A DNA stretch of 56,409 nucleotides from a virus: IMG/VR virus record IMGVR_UViG_3300031159_000001. The stretch is one strand, 5' to 3'. A program made the translations under genes and the position numbers. Below the pieces are notes generated by a model. The model did not search any database. It had not been told where the DNA came from and saw nothing but the letters and a program-made list of their open reading frames with translations. Shown here one piece after another: positions 21,866 through 32,052 of this stretch; position 1 is the first letter of the stretch, and every line of letters begins with the position of its first letter.

Positions 21866-22843
21866 TTACAACTCAGCATCAAGATAGATTGAGTCGTTGA
21901 GCAGCCGTACAAACCGGTACGTGTTGGCTCCTGTAAAGCCGTCTACATCGAACCGGCTTGCGGACTCTGATGTGATGGTGTTGAACGGCGAGTTGGAAGT
22001 TGTCAGGCTTCCGGCGCCCACGTCATCGAGTATAATCGATATACCCGGCAACTTTTCTAATGTCGGGGCTATGCGCATCGGGACGATATGCGGCACGATA
22101 ATTGATGCCGCGCTGGCCGTATAAAACGTTCCGACAGATCGATACTGCAACCCGCGTTGGTAATACCGCTGACACAGCGCCAGTTCTTCCGCAAGGTGGC
22201 GCGGTTGGAAGGGGAGTACCACGTCTCCGACATTTACTTGGACTTGAGCGATATTTACCCCTTCTCCGACCGCAGCTCCGCCGCGGTTTACGCGAAGTAT
22301 AAAAGACAACGAGCTTATACCCGCCGGCAATTGCTGAACAAAAGAGAACTGAGTAAATGACGTTGCAGAAATCGGAGTTCCCACATAAACATTCCCGCCC
22401 GCAAAAATGAGTGGCGTCACCGATCTTCCCGCGTCGCACTTTACCCATCCAGAAAAGACTACTTTTTTGCCACTGAATAGGGCAGCGTCTTCAATGGGCT
22501 GTGAAATATCGCTGTAGTCGCCAGACGCTCCCGTACTACCCATTTGTTCGACGCGAAGAGAGTACCTGCTGTTTGCGTTCGGTACGGTCGTTGATCTCAG
22601 GACTTTGACGTTGTTGGAAACATTGTTAAAGCTCACTTTCCAGCGATCAGCCGTATACGTCCCTGCGCTTACGTTGTCAAAACTCGTCCCCCGCTGCCAC
22701 ACATCGAAGTTGCCGTTGATGATGGCGTTGCGATAGAGGGCGTGCGGAACATTGACGATGTCATCGTTCAACGCCGCAAAGTTGTCGTTGAGCGGCTGAC
22801 TCTCAATATACGGTCCGATTGTCTGCAAATTTGCCACATTCAT
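21866..22843 (-). CDS. Tail fibre / receptor-binding protein
   Basis: The NAIINGNFDVWQRGTSF and ELALCQRYYQ motifs recur in phage fibre proteins. Confidence 0.65.
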   Translation of the reverse strand: MNVANLQTIGPYIESQPLNDNFAALNDDIVNVPHALYRNAIINGNFDVWQRGTSFDNVSAGTYTADRWKVSFNNVSNNVKVLRSTTVPNANSRYSLRVEQMGSTGASGDYSDISQPIEDAALFSGKKVVFSGWVKCDAGRSVTPLIFAGGNVYVGTPISATSFTQFSFVQQLPAGISSLSFILRVNRGGAAVGEGVNIAQVQVNVGDVVLPFQPRHLAEELALCQRYYQRGLQYRSVGTFYTASAASIIVPHIVPMRIAPTLEKLPGISIILDDVGAGSLTTSNSPFNTITSESASRFDVDGFTGANTYRFVRLLNDSIYLDAEL

Positions 22844-22848
22844 TCACC

Positions 22849-23649
22849 TCACAGATGCAAGAAGTTGTAATCCCATGTCAGCGTTCCCGTCCCACCCGTG
22901 ATCTCAAAGAAGCATTCGCAGCCACCCGGTGGGATCGGGGCGAAATCCGAGTGCGTCAGCGTCTGCAGGGCGCCGTTCTTAGTGATACGGCCGTTCAGCG
23001 TATCGATCACCAGCACGTCTCCGGGAGCCAGAGTGGACGCGCTGCCGGCCGTCTTCCCATTGATCGTGAGCCGCGGGTTCGATCCGCTGCCCGTGTACGT
23101 GATGACCGGGTATGCGTCCTCGAAACCGCGGTTCTGCATGTACATGGGCAGGCGCGGAACAGAGATCGTAAACTGCGTCTCGTTTGGATACATCAGGCCC
23201 GTGTCGTACAGCAATCCGGTGTCGTATTTCAGCGTCGGCGTGTCCGTCGCTTCTTCCCGACCGAACGGATCGGTGCATTTCATGGTCAGTTCTATCGTGC
23301 CGTACCGGTTGAACTGCTGAATGCCGATCCGGCTAGTCAGTTTGGCCATGTATGTGATGTTCGGCATTTCGTCGAAAACCAGCGGGCCCGCGGGTAGCGT
23401 CGGGTTGAGCCAGGTGTAAATTTCGGACTGCCGGAGTTTGAACGGCTTGCTATTGGGCGTGATGTCGATCACGAGGTCGATCTGCCGCTTGCCAAACTCC
23501 GTTCCGTAGTCGATGACGCCTGCCAGCCCGGATATTTCCTCTTCATACTCGCGAAGTTCAGGTGGATGGATGACATATTTCAGCAGATTCACGCCGAACT
23601 CCGAGCAATGTCTGCCGCGATAAGTGAAACCATATGCCAACTCATCCAC
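22849..23649 (-). CDS. Distal tail protein (Dit)
   Basis: FTYRGRHCSEFGV...LVFDEMPNITYMAKL...TMKCTDPFG matches the Sipho_tail pattern. GTG 23649 overlaps the TMP stop. Confidence 0.75.
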   Translation of the reverse strand: MDELAYGFTYRGRHCSEFGVNLLKYVIHPPELREYEEEISGLAGVIDYGTEFGKRQIDLVIDITPNSKPFKLRQSEIYTWLNPTLPAGPLVFDEMPNITYMAKLTSRIGIQQFNRYGTIELTMKCTDPFGREEATDTPTLKYDTGLLYDTGLMYPNETQFTISVPRLPMYMQNRGFEDAYPVITYTGSGSNPRLTINGKTAGSASTLAPGDVLVIDTLNGRITKNGALQTLTHSDFAPIPPGGCECFFEITGGTGTLTWDYNFLHL

Positions 23650-26600
23650 CCCCCGATATCTTCTTGCGCAGAATTTCGGCCGCCGTATCCCCGGTTTCCC
23701 GACCGAAAGCACGAAGGTCAATGCCGTCCTCGAAGACCGGATCATTGACCTCCATGATCTTCTCGATATAGACGTTTCCGCCTGTTGGGGCGGACAACGC
23801 TTCGACGAGCGAACCGACCTGCCGGTCTGTCAATGTGACCTCGCCAACCTTCAGGATGGCCGCAATCTCGTCGGGCAACAAAATGTCCGGCGACCGGAAA
23901 TTCATCATACCGGCAATACCGCCTGTATGATAGAGCGGCACGCCATCCTTGTACCAACGTCCGTCACGGGTGTTGAATGTCGCGCCGATCATAGCAGCCA
24001 GCCGCTGGTTCTCGGCCTGCAATCTCTGGCGCTCGGTCGGAGACGCCGAATGCCATGCGGCGCTGTTTGCCTGCATCTGCTGGATAATGGACATGGTTTG
24101 CGCGCCAGTCGTCGTTCCGGATGCCGAACCGGGCGAAACGGTTCCGTATCCTCCGGAGAGCGCCGCAAGGTCGGCAGTCAGCTTCGCCATTTCTTCCTTG
24201 ATACGCTGGTTGGTCGTGATGAATGACGCGAGCCGCTCGTCATCGGCCAGCTTGTAGAGCGTCGTCAAGTCGCCCGTGAACTCTTGCGTTGCCTCGCGCA
24301 GATCGTCGTACCACGACTCGATGTCCGCCTTGCGCCGGTCGAGCGCTTCGAGTTCTTGATCGCGTTGCTTTTCAAGCGACCGCTTTTGATCTTCCACGTC
24401 CATCTGCCGGAGCTTCTCCTGCAGTTCTTGAAAGTGCTTCTGTCCCTTCTCAGACGTGGCGTAGCGGTACTTCTCCATCTCCGCGATGAGCTCGTTCCGC
24501 TCTTTCAAGCGCTCAGAATCATCGATCGCTTCGAGCTGCTCGTCATAGAACTTCTGGATGGCTTTCCTCCGCTCGTCCAGAGCATCGAGTTCGGCCTTCC
24601 GCTGCTTCTCGATGGCCGACAGGGCGGCTTTGGTGACGTCGTTGATTTGACGCTCGCGCTCCTTTGCTAGCTCCTCCGCGGCGCGCTGTTCCTGCCGCAT
24701 GAGCCACACGCGCAGGTTGTAGACTTGCGTGTCAGCCTTTTTGTAGTACTCACTGTCCTTCTCATACCGGTTGCGGACGCGGGTCCAGGCGTCGAGCTTC
24801 ATACGCGCGATTTCTTCCTCGGACTTGCCTGCGAGAACCATCCGGCGCTCTTCCTGCTCGATCCACTCAGCGGACGCTTCGAAGCGCTCTTTGGCCGCCT
24901 TTTCCTCTTCCTTCTGGCGCTGCTCCTGCCGCTTCTTCTCGTCCTCGGCCATTTGCTGTCGTGCGCGATAAATCGCAACCTCGAGTTCGCGAGTGATCTC
25001 GACATTGCCTTTGAAGCGTTCAAGCAGACGCTCTATGGCTTCGATTTCTTCTTGCTCGCTCATCCGGTTCAACTCGCGACGGTAGCGGATCCAGTCCATG
25101 GCGGCCTGGAACTGCTCGCGCTGGATCTGCTCCCGCGTTTTCTCCTTCTTCTTTTTCTTTTTTTCTTCGGCGGGAACGTCGAACGAGGGAATCGTGAACA
25201 GATCTGCATAGGAACCGTTCTGAATCGCAGCGATGCGCCTGTCGATTTCGACCAGCGCACGTTCGAGTGCTGTGATTTCGTCGAGCGCTTCCGAAGCTCG
25301 CTCATCGGCAAGACGTTTCGATGTCAGGCCGGCCGCCCGTGCATACGGCGGAAGATTCTCCGGCACTTTCTCATGTGCTTTCGAAAACTCCTGAAGTGAT
25401 GTGACTTCGGCACGGAGTAATTCGAGACGCGCAGCCGTATGCTGCTTCATGTTCTCAAGGTCTTCACGCATCTTCTCAGCGCGCTTGTTGTAATAGTTCG
25501 CCTCAGCCTCGATCGCGTGGTCGAGAACGTCCAGACTCTCGATTCGGAGCTGATTCTCTTCGTCATAATAGACTAGCAGGTTTGGATACTCCTCCTTGAG
25601 CTGGCGCACGACGCTGGCCATCTCAATGCGCTGCTCGATGCTCAACTCCTCTAGTCGGTTCATTTCCTCGTACCGATCTCGAAGCGCTCGCATCCGGTCG
25701 ATGTGTTCGACCATCGTCGATATCTCCCGGAATTCGGCCTTCTGAAGCTCGAGCATGGCCGGAATTGCGTTTTCAAGCTGTTCGTTCAGTTCCTTCAACA
25801 CTTCAGGCGCCCTGTCAGGTGTGTCAATGCCAAACTCCTCAAGTTGCTTGTCGATCTTCTCCAATTCCTGGCGAAGCCGGCTTAGTTCCTGAACCTCTGG
25901 CGTTATGGCTCGCGTCTGTGCGAGCTTCTGGACGTCAATCTGTGCGAGCTTCTCTTCGATCTTTCGCCGTCGATCAAGCAATTCATTCAATTTCTCGATG
26001 TCGGCCTGAAGGTTCTGATATTCCTGCGCTGTTCGCTTTATCGGCGATTCAGCGAGTTTCTTGTTCAACTCCTCTTGATTTTTCGCAAACTTCCAGACCG
26101 ATCCAGCAGCCGCTTCTGCTGCCAATCCATACGCAACGGTACCGGTTACGACCGCGCCGATTGCAAGTACCGCCCATCCGACCGGTCCCATTGCGGCATT
26201 GAGCGCGATGAAAGCGGCAGTTAGGGCTCCGACAACGGTGATAAGTCCGGTGACGGCCGTAGTAGACGCCACAACGCCGGCGACGACTTCTTTGTTCTCG
26301 TCGGCGAAAAGCGCGAACTCACGAATGAGAGGCGTCACGAGTTCGAACACTTCTTGTAGCACCGGGATAAACGCCTCGCCGAGTTCTTGACGTGCCGTCG
26401 CAAGCGTCTGATTGAACGATGCCTGCGTCCCCGTATATCCGGTCATCGCTTGATCGGCGTTCCCGGCGAAGATCGAAGCTTCAAGCATCATGCCGTTGTA
26501 TGCGGCTTGCACCTTCTCCGCTTCGGTCAGCGTCGCCGCCGTCTTTCCTATCGTCCGGGCGTACCGCTCGTACATGACGGAAAGGTTCGTCGTGATGCCG

Positions 26601-27445
26601 GCAGCGTCCGTCAGGTTCGAGTTGCCAGCCTTGATCCCTTGCGCGACCTGCTTGATCGCTTCTTCCCAACTCAGATGCGCTTGCCGGTTATAAGCGGCGG
26701 CATCGGCCGTTGCGACGATCAGGTCCTCGGTTTGTTGGAGCGTCAGGCCCATCGAGAGATACGTCTTCACGGTGTCGGCGATGACGGCCCGGTTCATCCC
26801 CCACCGGTCAGCCAGGCGGTCGGCGAGGTCGGCGGCCGCCTCCACGTCAACGTTGTATGATTTCGCGACGGAGGCAAGGCCGCTATATGAGTTGGCGAGT
26901 TGGTTTGCTTCTTCGGCGAGTGTGGTCATGGTGTTTTTGAGCTTCGAGAATGCGGCGCCGGCGCCGAGGGCTGCGATGGCTGACGCGAATCCTTGCATGC
27001 TGCCGCTGGCTTTTTTCGATTTTTCGTCGGTTTCATCGAGTTCTTTGTTTGCCGCGGAGAGACTGTCTTCGAGCTTCCAGATTTCACGAGCCGTCCGATC
27101 GGATGTTTGGGTAAGCTTGAGGAGCGATGCTTCCGTCTTCAGGATCTGCTCCTGCAGTCTCGACCGCCTGTCCTCGTTGAACGTGGCGTCGTATGCTTTT
27201 TTCAGCCGCTCGAGCTTCTGCTGCTGGATCTCGATCCGGGCGTTCACGTTGTCCAGTGTTTGGGTGAGATGCCCGATTTTTTCGCGAGTCAGCGCGATTT
27301 TCTCCATCTCGGCCGCGGTCTTCTTGCTCTCCGCCCCCAGGTCGGAAAACTCTTGTTTGACCGCCCGGATTTCGCGCTTCATCTGGTTCGTTTCAGCAAC
27401 AAGACGCGCCCTCAGTTCGCCAATTTCAACCGCCATGTCATCCAC
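23642..27445 (-). CDS. Tape measure protein
   Basis: 1267 aa, rich in coiled coil, with a central hydrophobic Gly/Ala segment. Located between the chaperones and Dit. Confidence 0.9.
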   Translation of the reverse strand: MDDMAVEIGELRARLVAETNQMKREIRAVKQEFSDLGAESKKTAAEMEKIALTREKIGHLTQTLDNVNARIEIQQQKLERLKKAYDATFNEDRRSRLQEQILKTEASLLKLTQTSDRTAREIWKLEDSLSAANKELDETDEKSKKASGSMQGFASAIAALGAGAAFSKLKNTMTTLAEEANQLANSYSGLASVAKSYNVDVEAAADLADRLADRWGMNRAVIADTVKTYLSMGLTLQQTEDLIVATADAAAYNRQAHLSWEEAIKQVAQGIKAGNSNLTDAAGITTNLSVMYERYARTIGKTAATLTEAEKVQAAYNGMMLEASIFAGNADQAMTGYTGTQASFNQTLATARQELGEAFIPVLQEVFELVTPLIREFALFADENKEVVAGVVASTTAVTGLITVVGALTAAFIALNAAMGPVGWAVLAIGAVVTGTVAYGLAAEAAAGSVWKFAKNQEELNKKLAESPIKRTAQEYQNLQADIEKLNELLDRRRKIEEKLAQIDVQKLAQTRAITPEVQELSRLRQELEKIDKQLEEFGIDTPDRAPEVLKELNEQLENAIPAMLELQKAEFREISTMVEHIDRMRALRDRYEEMNRLEELSIEQRIEMASVVRQLKEEYPNLLVYYDEENQLRIESLDVLDHAIEAEANYYNKRAEKMREDLENMKQHTAARLELLRAEVTSLQEFSKAHEKVPENLPPYARAAGLTSKRLADERASEALDEITALERALVEIDRRIAAIQNGSYADLFTIPSFDVPAEEKKKKKKEKTREQIQREQFQAAMDWIRYRRELNRMSEQEEIEAIERLLERFKGNVEITRELEVAIYRARQQMAEDEKKRQEQRQKEEEKAAKERFEASAEWIEQEERRMVLAGKSEEEIARMKLDAWTRVRNRYEKDSEYYKKADTQVYNLRVWLMRQEQRAAEELAKERERQINDVTKAALSAIEKQRKAELDALDERRKAIQKFYDEQLEAIDDSERLKERNELIAEMEKYRYATSEKGQKHFQELQEKLRQMDVEDQKRSLEKQRDQELEALDRRKADIESWYDDLREATQEFTGDLTTLYKLADDERLASFITTNQRIKEEMAKLTADLAALSGGYGTVSPGSASGTTTGAQTMSIIQQMQANSAAWHSASPTERQRLQAENQRLAAMIGATFNTRDGRWYKDGVPLYHTGGIAGMMNFRSPDILLPDEIAAILKVGEVTLTDRQVGSLVEALSAPTGGNVYIEKIMEVNDPVFEDGIDLRAFGRETGDTAAEILRKKISGGG

Positions 27446-28150
27446 CCGCTTTCATACGTGCAAGCAGCTCCTGATACTGTTCCTCCGCCGACTTTGGCGA
27501 CGCCGGCGGCGGTTTGGGCAGCCGGATTCTATACCGCTCCAAGATCGACTTCTTGGCCTTCTGATCCGTCACATGCGGAAAAACCGTGGCATCCAGCAGT
27601 TCAAACCATTCTCGCGCCTTCATCTCGTTCCGAATCTTGAGCAATTCAGGCAGATCAACCCACGCATACTCGTTCTCGATCTCCTGCGGAGTCTTGCCCA
27701 GTGCGACAGCGCAGCGCCGAACGAACTCATCCGGGGTTATACGCTGGCCTGATCCATCCGCTTGATGATGCTCTCCACGAACTGCCGGGCCAGCGGCGGA
27801 ATCAGGCCGTTCAAGTTTCCCAGCGCCCGGTTCATATCGTTCCTTTCCCAAGTCAGCTTCAGGAAGTTCGTGCATTCAGCAAGGCTGGCGTGCTTGTCCA
27901 GGTATTCGAGCGGTATGTCGCTCAGGATCGACGTCAGCTCGTAGATTTCATCTATCGCAACGTCAGCGGCCGCCACGATGAAGACCGCGCGCTCATTTTC
28001 GGGAGTCAGAAAAAGCTTGACGAGGTAGTCGCCAATGGTGCCGATGTGCTCGGTCATCTTCTTCAGCCGGGCGCGGGTAAGCTTCGGGATTTCAACTTGC
28101 TTCTTGCCGAGCGTCACGCGCTCGGTTTTCAAAAACGGAATCGTGAACAT
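27438..28150 (-). CDS. Tail assembly chaperone GT-like fusion made by a -1 frameshift
   Basis: The -1 frame stays open from 27875 to 27438. The slippery G_GGA_AAC lies in the overlap. Confidence 0.6.
27737..28150 (-). CDS. Tail assembly chaperone (gpG-like)
   Basis: Position between the major tail protein and TMP. Overlapping -1 ORF downstream. Confidence 0.8.
   Translation of the reverse strand: MFTIPFLKTERVTLGKKQVEIPKLTRARLKKMTEHIGTIGDYLVKLFLTPENERAVFIVAAADVAIDEIYELTSILSDIPLEYLDKHASLAECTNFLKLTWERNDMNRALGNLNGLIPPLARQFVESIIKRMDQASV
27815..27821 (-). other. Slippery heptamer GGGAAAC for programmed -1 frameshifting
   Basis: The zero frame reads CTG GGA AAC TTG and the -1 frame reads GGG AAA CTT. 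Confidence 0.6.
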
Positions 28151-28201
28151 GATACTTCCCTCCTCGGGATGAATGAAAGAGGGGCCGAATTGGCCCCTGA
28201 A

Positions 28202-28753
28202 TCATGCCGTCGCCGTGATGTCGCCCCACGTATAGAGCAGGCCGAATTTCGCTGGGTCCGTGCTCGGATACGCGGCAGCCGTGATGTTGAAACGCAGGTT
28301 GTTGTCAATGGTGTACTGTGCGTTCATGTCGAATTTGACGCCGCACGCTTCGATGTAGATGTAACGACTCGGGTCGGTCACACCGGCCGGCTTGATCACG
28401 GCACGCCGGCGCGGCAGTTCTTTGCCCGCGAGGCCGTAGACCTCGTACTTGACCTTATTCGGATCAAGACCATCCACGATCTTGTCCGCGTTCGGATTGA
28501 ACTTCACAACCTTTTCAAAATCGATGTCGGGCGTCTCGAAACTGATTTCCCCGACGATACCCGTGATGATCGACTTCACCGGCGCCGAGCCGAACTGGTC
28601 GACGGTCGGCTCGAAATAGCTGGTCGTCGTCGTGAAGGTAAGGCCACCCTGCGTTACGTCGATGATGACGCCATCGCTTTCAAGCTCGCCGTCCTCATCG
28701 ACGCCCCACTCGAAAATGGCGGGGCCGGCGTAAATCTTCGTCACATCAGCCAT
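28202..28753 (-). CDS. Major tail (tube) protein
   Basis: 183 aa, immediately upstream of the chaperone pair. Confidence 0.8.
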   Translation of the reverse strand: MADVTKIYAGPAIFEWGVDEDGELESDGVIIDVTQGGLTFTTTTSYFEPTVDQFGSAPVKSIITGIVGEISFETPDIDFEKVVKFNPNADKIVDGLDPNKVKYEVYGLAGKELPRRRAVIKPAGVTDPSRYIYIEACGVKFDMNAQYTIDNNLRFNITAAAYPSTDPAKFGLLYTWGDITATA

Positions 28754-28759
28754 CTTTTC

Positions 28760-29164
28760 TCACGCCTCCCTCAGATAGAAAGTGAAATTGGTTGAGTACA
28801 TCGGCCGGTCTTCCTCGTCCCTCCCGAGATGGATGGGGTTGGACTGAGAAGCCAGGCACGAAAAAACCTGCACGCTGCCAACCGTGAAGTTGGCCTTGCG
28901 GTGCAGGTGTCGAATGAGTGATTTTGCCAGCGCCTCAGCTGCGCTCATATTGGCCGGATCGCTCTTGTACGGCTTGCCCTTGATGATGATCTGGAACGTC
29001 ACGCGCTCCGTCGGAACATATGGATGTGGCGCGAATCCGCCGGTACCGAACACGAACAGGCACGGATATTTGTTCGCCGGCAGGTTGGCCGGGATGAAGT
29101 TCGGGTCCGGATACACGGTGAAGCCCGCGGACGTGAGATATGCAATCAGGTCGCTCGCAAGCAT
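28760..29164 (-). CDS. Tail terminator / tail completion protein
   Basis: Called from position and size (134 aa) in the neck module. Confidence 0.55.
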   Translation of the reverse strand: MLASDLIAYLTSAGFTVYPDPNFIPANLPANKYPCLFVFGTGGFAPHPYVPTERVTFQIIIKGKPYKSDPANMSAAEALAKSLIRHLHRKANFTVGSVQVFSCLASQSNPIHLGRDEEDRPMYSTNFTFYLREA

Positions 29165-29168
29165 TCAA

Positions 29169-29609
29169 TCACCCCTTCAGTACCCGGGCCATTTCCTCGA
29201 AGAACGCCTGCGCGTTCATCTTGACGGCGTTCTCAAGAAACTTCTTCCCCGGCATGTATCCGTTGTACGGCCCCTTGCTTCTCGTCTTCTCGCCCGGCGT
29301 GAGCTCGATCAGTCGGCCATTTCGCTGCATGAATCCCTCATGCTGGACGACGGCGTAATGGTCGACCTCCGGGCTCGTGCCGATGTCGATGTACTTCGTT
29401 CCGCCCTCCTGCTGAACATCGCCGGCATTGATCGCGGCTTCGAGGTCTCCCGAATCGATGGGCGCCAGCCGGCGGCCGTCATGGACGATTTTAGCGCCGA
29501 ACTTCACCAGCGTCTGGTCGACACCCTCATCAATAGCGCGTTCGATCTCACCCAACGACCTTACGATAGCATCGAGCCCGTCCAGTCGGAACTCGAACTT
29601 CTCAGCCAT
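29169..29609 (-). CDS. HK97 gp10-family neck/tail-completion protein
   Basis: LAPIDSGDLEAAI and YAVVQHEG motifs resemble HK97 gp10-like proteins. Confidence 0.7.
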   Translation of the reverse strand: MAEKFEFRLDGLDAIVRSLGEIERAIDEGVDQTLVKFGAKIVHDGRRLAPIDSGDLEAAINAGDVQQEGGTKYIDIGTSPEVDHYAVVQHEGFMQRNGRLIELTPGEKTRSKGPYNGYMPGKKFLENAVKMNAQAFFEEMARVLKG

Positions 29610-29919
29610 AGACGACCACCTTCTTCACATCGTCGGTTCCGATGAACTTCTTGACCTCGATGTGCCGCACGTGAACCGTGATCGTCTCGCCGAGCGCGTT
29701 CACGTATTCGAAGGTATCGTCGAAACTGACCGCGTTCGGTCCCTCGAGGTGGATCTCATAGGCGACCTGGATTTCCTCTCCGCGAGCATTCCGAATCAAC
29801 TTCTGCTCCTCCACCACCTTCGCGGCCTTATCGGTGGCGACAGGCGGCAACGGACGGCCCCATTCGTCAGTGCCGGAATGGTAGTGCGTCACCTTCGCCG
29901 GGTATCCAAACAGGCTCAT
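29602..29919 (-). CDS. Head closure / head-tail joining protein
   Basis: Called from position and size. Overlaps both neighbours. Confidence 0.5.
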   Translation of the reverse strand: MSLFGYPAKVTHYHSGTDEWGRPLPPVATDKAAKVVEEQKLIRNARGEEIQVAYEIHLEGPNAVSFDDTFEYVNALGETITVHVRHIEVKKFIGTDDVKKVVVYG

Positions 29920-30290
29920 ATGAGGGCACCGCCGTACTGTCGGCCACCTTCGTTCCCGCCAGTCGGCGTCCCGAGGATCGAGGTGACGTCCGGGGCAATG
30001 ACCGGTCGCTCACCGTTCGCATAAGTGACCAGTTCGCCCGCGTCCATCATCGAGCGGACGTTGTGCCGCTGATATCTCAGCACCGGATCGACGCCGTAGA
30101 GTTCCCACACAGCCTGATAGGCGACTATTTCAACCGTCAGCTTCGCGTCCGGGTACCAGCGGGAGAGGTTTCGCTCTGCCTGCCGGACAGCGACCGTCTG
30201 CTTATGTTCGCTCGCTCGGTCCCAGATGTCGGAATCAAGGAGGTTGTCCGCGATCCAATCAGCCACTTGTTGGCGATCCATGGCGATCAC
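29916..30290 (-). CDS. Head-tail connector (gp6/gp15-like) protein
   Basis: Called from its position after the capsid genes. ATGA coupling. Confidence 0.5.
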   Translation of the reverse strand: MIAMDRQQVADWIADNLLDSDIWDRASEHKQTVAVRQAERNLSRWYPDAKLTVEIVAYQAVWELYGVDPVLRYQRHNVRSMMDAGELVTYANGERPVIAPDVTSILGTPTGGNEGGRQYGGALI

Positions 30291-30499
30291 CCGCCGTCAT
30301 CATCGGATTTCTTGCTTCCCTTGCCCTTCGACGCTTTTTCTGCCGCCTGATACTGCTGTTCAACCGGCTCCGCCACGACTTCCGCAACACCGGAATCAAT
30401 AAGGCGCTTGACATCGTCTGGTTTGACATCCTTGATGACTTCCCCCGGCTGGTACCAAACGCCGTCGTGTTTGACGACGCCTTTCACTTTCAGATCCAT
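30287..30499 (-). CDS. Small hypothetical head-module protein
   Basis: 70 aa with a K/D-rich tail. Coupled to the downstream gene. Confidence 0.5.
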   Translation of the reverse strand: MDLKVKGVVKHDGVWYQPGEVIKDVKPDDVKRLIDSGVAEVVAEPVEQQYQAAEKASKGKGSKKSDDDGG

Positions 30500-30547
30500 G
30501 CTTCATCATCCTTTCGTGAGAAAGAGCGCCCCGAAGGGCGCCCTTCA

Positions 30548-31633
30548 TCAGATCACCTTCGCCGAAATGACGGAGTCCGCGTACGGGAACACCGGGAACG
30601 CGAGGTTCACGCCGACCGTGCGGATCCGCAGCGGGTGCTTCGACACCAGATCGCGGAACACATAGATGCCCGCGTCTCCCGTGGTTTCCGCCTCGATGCC
30701 GTCGACCAGTTCCTCCGTGGACGTCGCCCACAGGTAGTTGCCGAGCGAGCCGTCAGGCAGCATCACGAACCGGTCTTGCGGCGCCATGCGGACCGTTTGG
30801 AACTGGAGTTTGCCGCTCGCCAGCTCATCCACTTCGACGCGTGCCTGCGTGTCGTACGTGATGATCCGCGGCAGACCGAGCGAATCCATCACGGAATCAA
30901 GCTGCGATTGGTTGAGTTGCGGCGGCTCCGCCGTGCCGCTCGGGTTGCCGAAGTAGTGCCGGCGCAGCGACAGGTTTTGCAGCAGATACGACAGCACCTG
31001 CCGGCTCGTGAAGGCGCGCGTCAGCCGCACACCGCGGTCGGCTTGGTAGTTCCACCAGGTTTGGATGTCCTGCAGCGGCTTCGACTCAGTCGTGTTGCTC
31101 CACAAGCTTGTGCCGGACAGTTCGGGTTTTTGTTCCGGCTTGTAGCCCCAGTCGACTTGGATGCGAACGTCGCCTTCAACATAGTTGATTGCGCCAAGTG
31201 AAACGGCCTGCATGGCGACCCATTCTTTCCGCGCGCGGATGGCGTCCACGCAGTATTGCGCGTCGTTCAGTTGCTCGCGTACGATTTGCGCGACTTCTTG
31301 CCGGCGCAGGCCGCCACCTTGCCCAGCCATCAGGAGCAGTCGGATCAGCTTTTCGTCCATCCAGCGACCGCGCTGAATTTTCGGGATTTCCACCCGTTGA
31401 CCCTTCATGCCCTCGCGCGAACCGTAGCGCGTCTCCGTACCCAGCTCGGCGATTTGCGCCATGACCGGCAGGCGGTTTTCGCTCATGATGACGTCAACCG
31501 TCAGTTCATCGGTCTGACGCGACGGGAACAACGTTTCGTGCAGGTATTCTCTCGGGATCGAAAGGTTGCGCGCGTATACGAGCAGTTCTTCGCCCGACAG
31601 CGCTTCTTCAAGCATCAACAGTTCGTCAGCCAT
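30548..31633 (-). CDS. Major capsid protein (lambda gpE-like family)
   Basis: 361 aa. The N-terminal region LVYARNLSIPREYLHETLFP and its position after the decoration/scaffold genes fit the capsid E family. Confidence 0.85.
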   Translation of the reverse strand: MADELLMLEEALSGEELLVYARNLSIPREYLHETLFPSRQTDELTVDVIMSENRLPVMAQIAELGTETRYGSREGMKGQRVEIPKIQRGRWMDEKLIRLLLMAGQGGGLRRQEVAQIVREQLNDAQYCVDAIRARKEWVAMQAVSLGAINYVEGDVRIQVDWGYKPEQKPELSGTSLWSNTTESKPLQDIQTWWNYQADRGVRLTRAFTSRQVLSYLLQNLSLRRHYFGNPSGTAEPPQLNQSQLDSVMDSLGLPRIITYDTQARVEVDELASGKLQFQTVRMAPQDRFVMLPDGSLGNYLWATSTEELVDGIEAETTGDAGIYVFRDLVSKHPLRIRTVGVNLAFPVFPYADSVISAKVI

Positions 31634-31661
31634 GATTCCACCTCATCCCCTTCTGTTGAGA

Positions 31662-32036
31662 TTAAGCAAAGACGATATGCGGCATCTTTTGCCGCAGCGT
31701 GTCGTCCACGGTGACCGGGATACGGGCCGCGATGACTTTCGCCACCTCGTAAGCACCGACGACGTGGTCGCCATCCCGGACGTTCACAGTCCGTTTCAGG
31801 ATGACCGACGGTTTTTCGCTGCCATCGTTGCCGGCCGGGTTGTACGGCACATATTTGCCGTTGGCCAGTTTCGCCATCGGCATGCCCTTCTTGATGATCT
31901 TGTCGCCGTTGCTGTCGGCGGTGATTGTCGAAGAATCGATCGTGATGCCGTTCGTCACCTCGCGGACGACTTCCAGCGACGCCAGGATTTCGTAATCGTC
32001 GTCGACGATGAACTGTTCCTTCGGTTGCAGTCGCAT
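31662..32036 (-). CDS. Head decoration protein (gpD-like)
   Basis: 124 aa, between the scaffold and the E-like capsid gene. Confidence 0.55.
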   Translation of the reverse strand: MRLQPKEQFIVDDDYEILASLEVVREVTNGITIDSSTITADSNGDKIIKKGMPMAKLANGKYVPYNPAGNDGSEKPSVILKRTVNVRDGDHVVGAYEVAKVIAARIPVTVDDTLRQKMPHIVFA

Positions 32037-32052
32037 CCTTCATGCACCTCCG

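Noticed and set aside
26772-28795. + strand ORFs of 326 and 364 aa
   Set aside because: Antisense to the tape measure, chaperone and major tail genes. Low-complexity translations.
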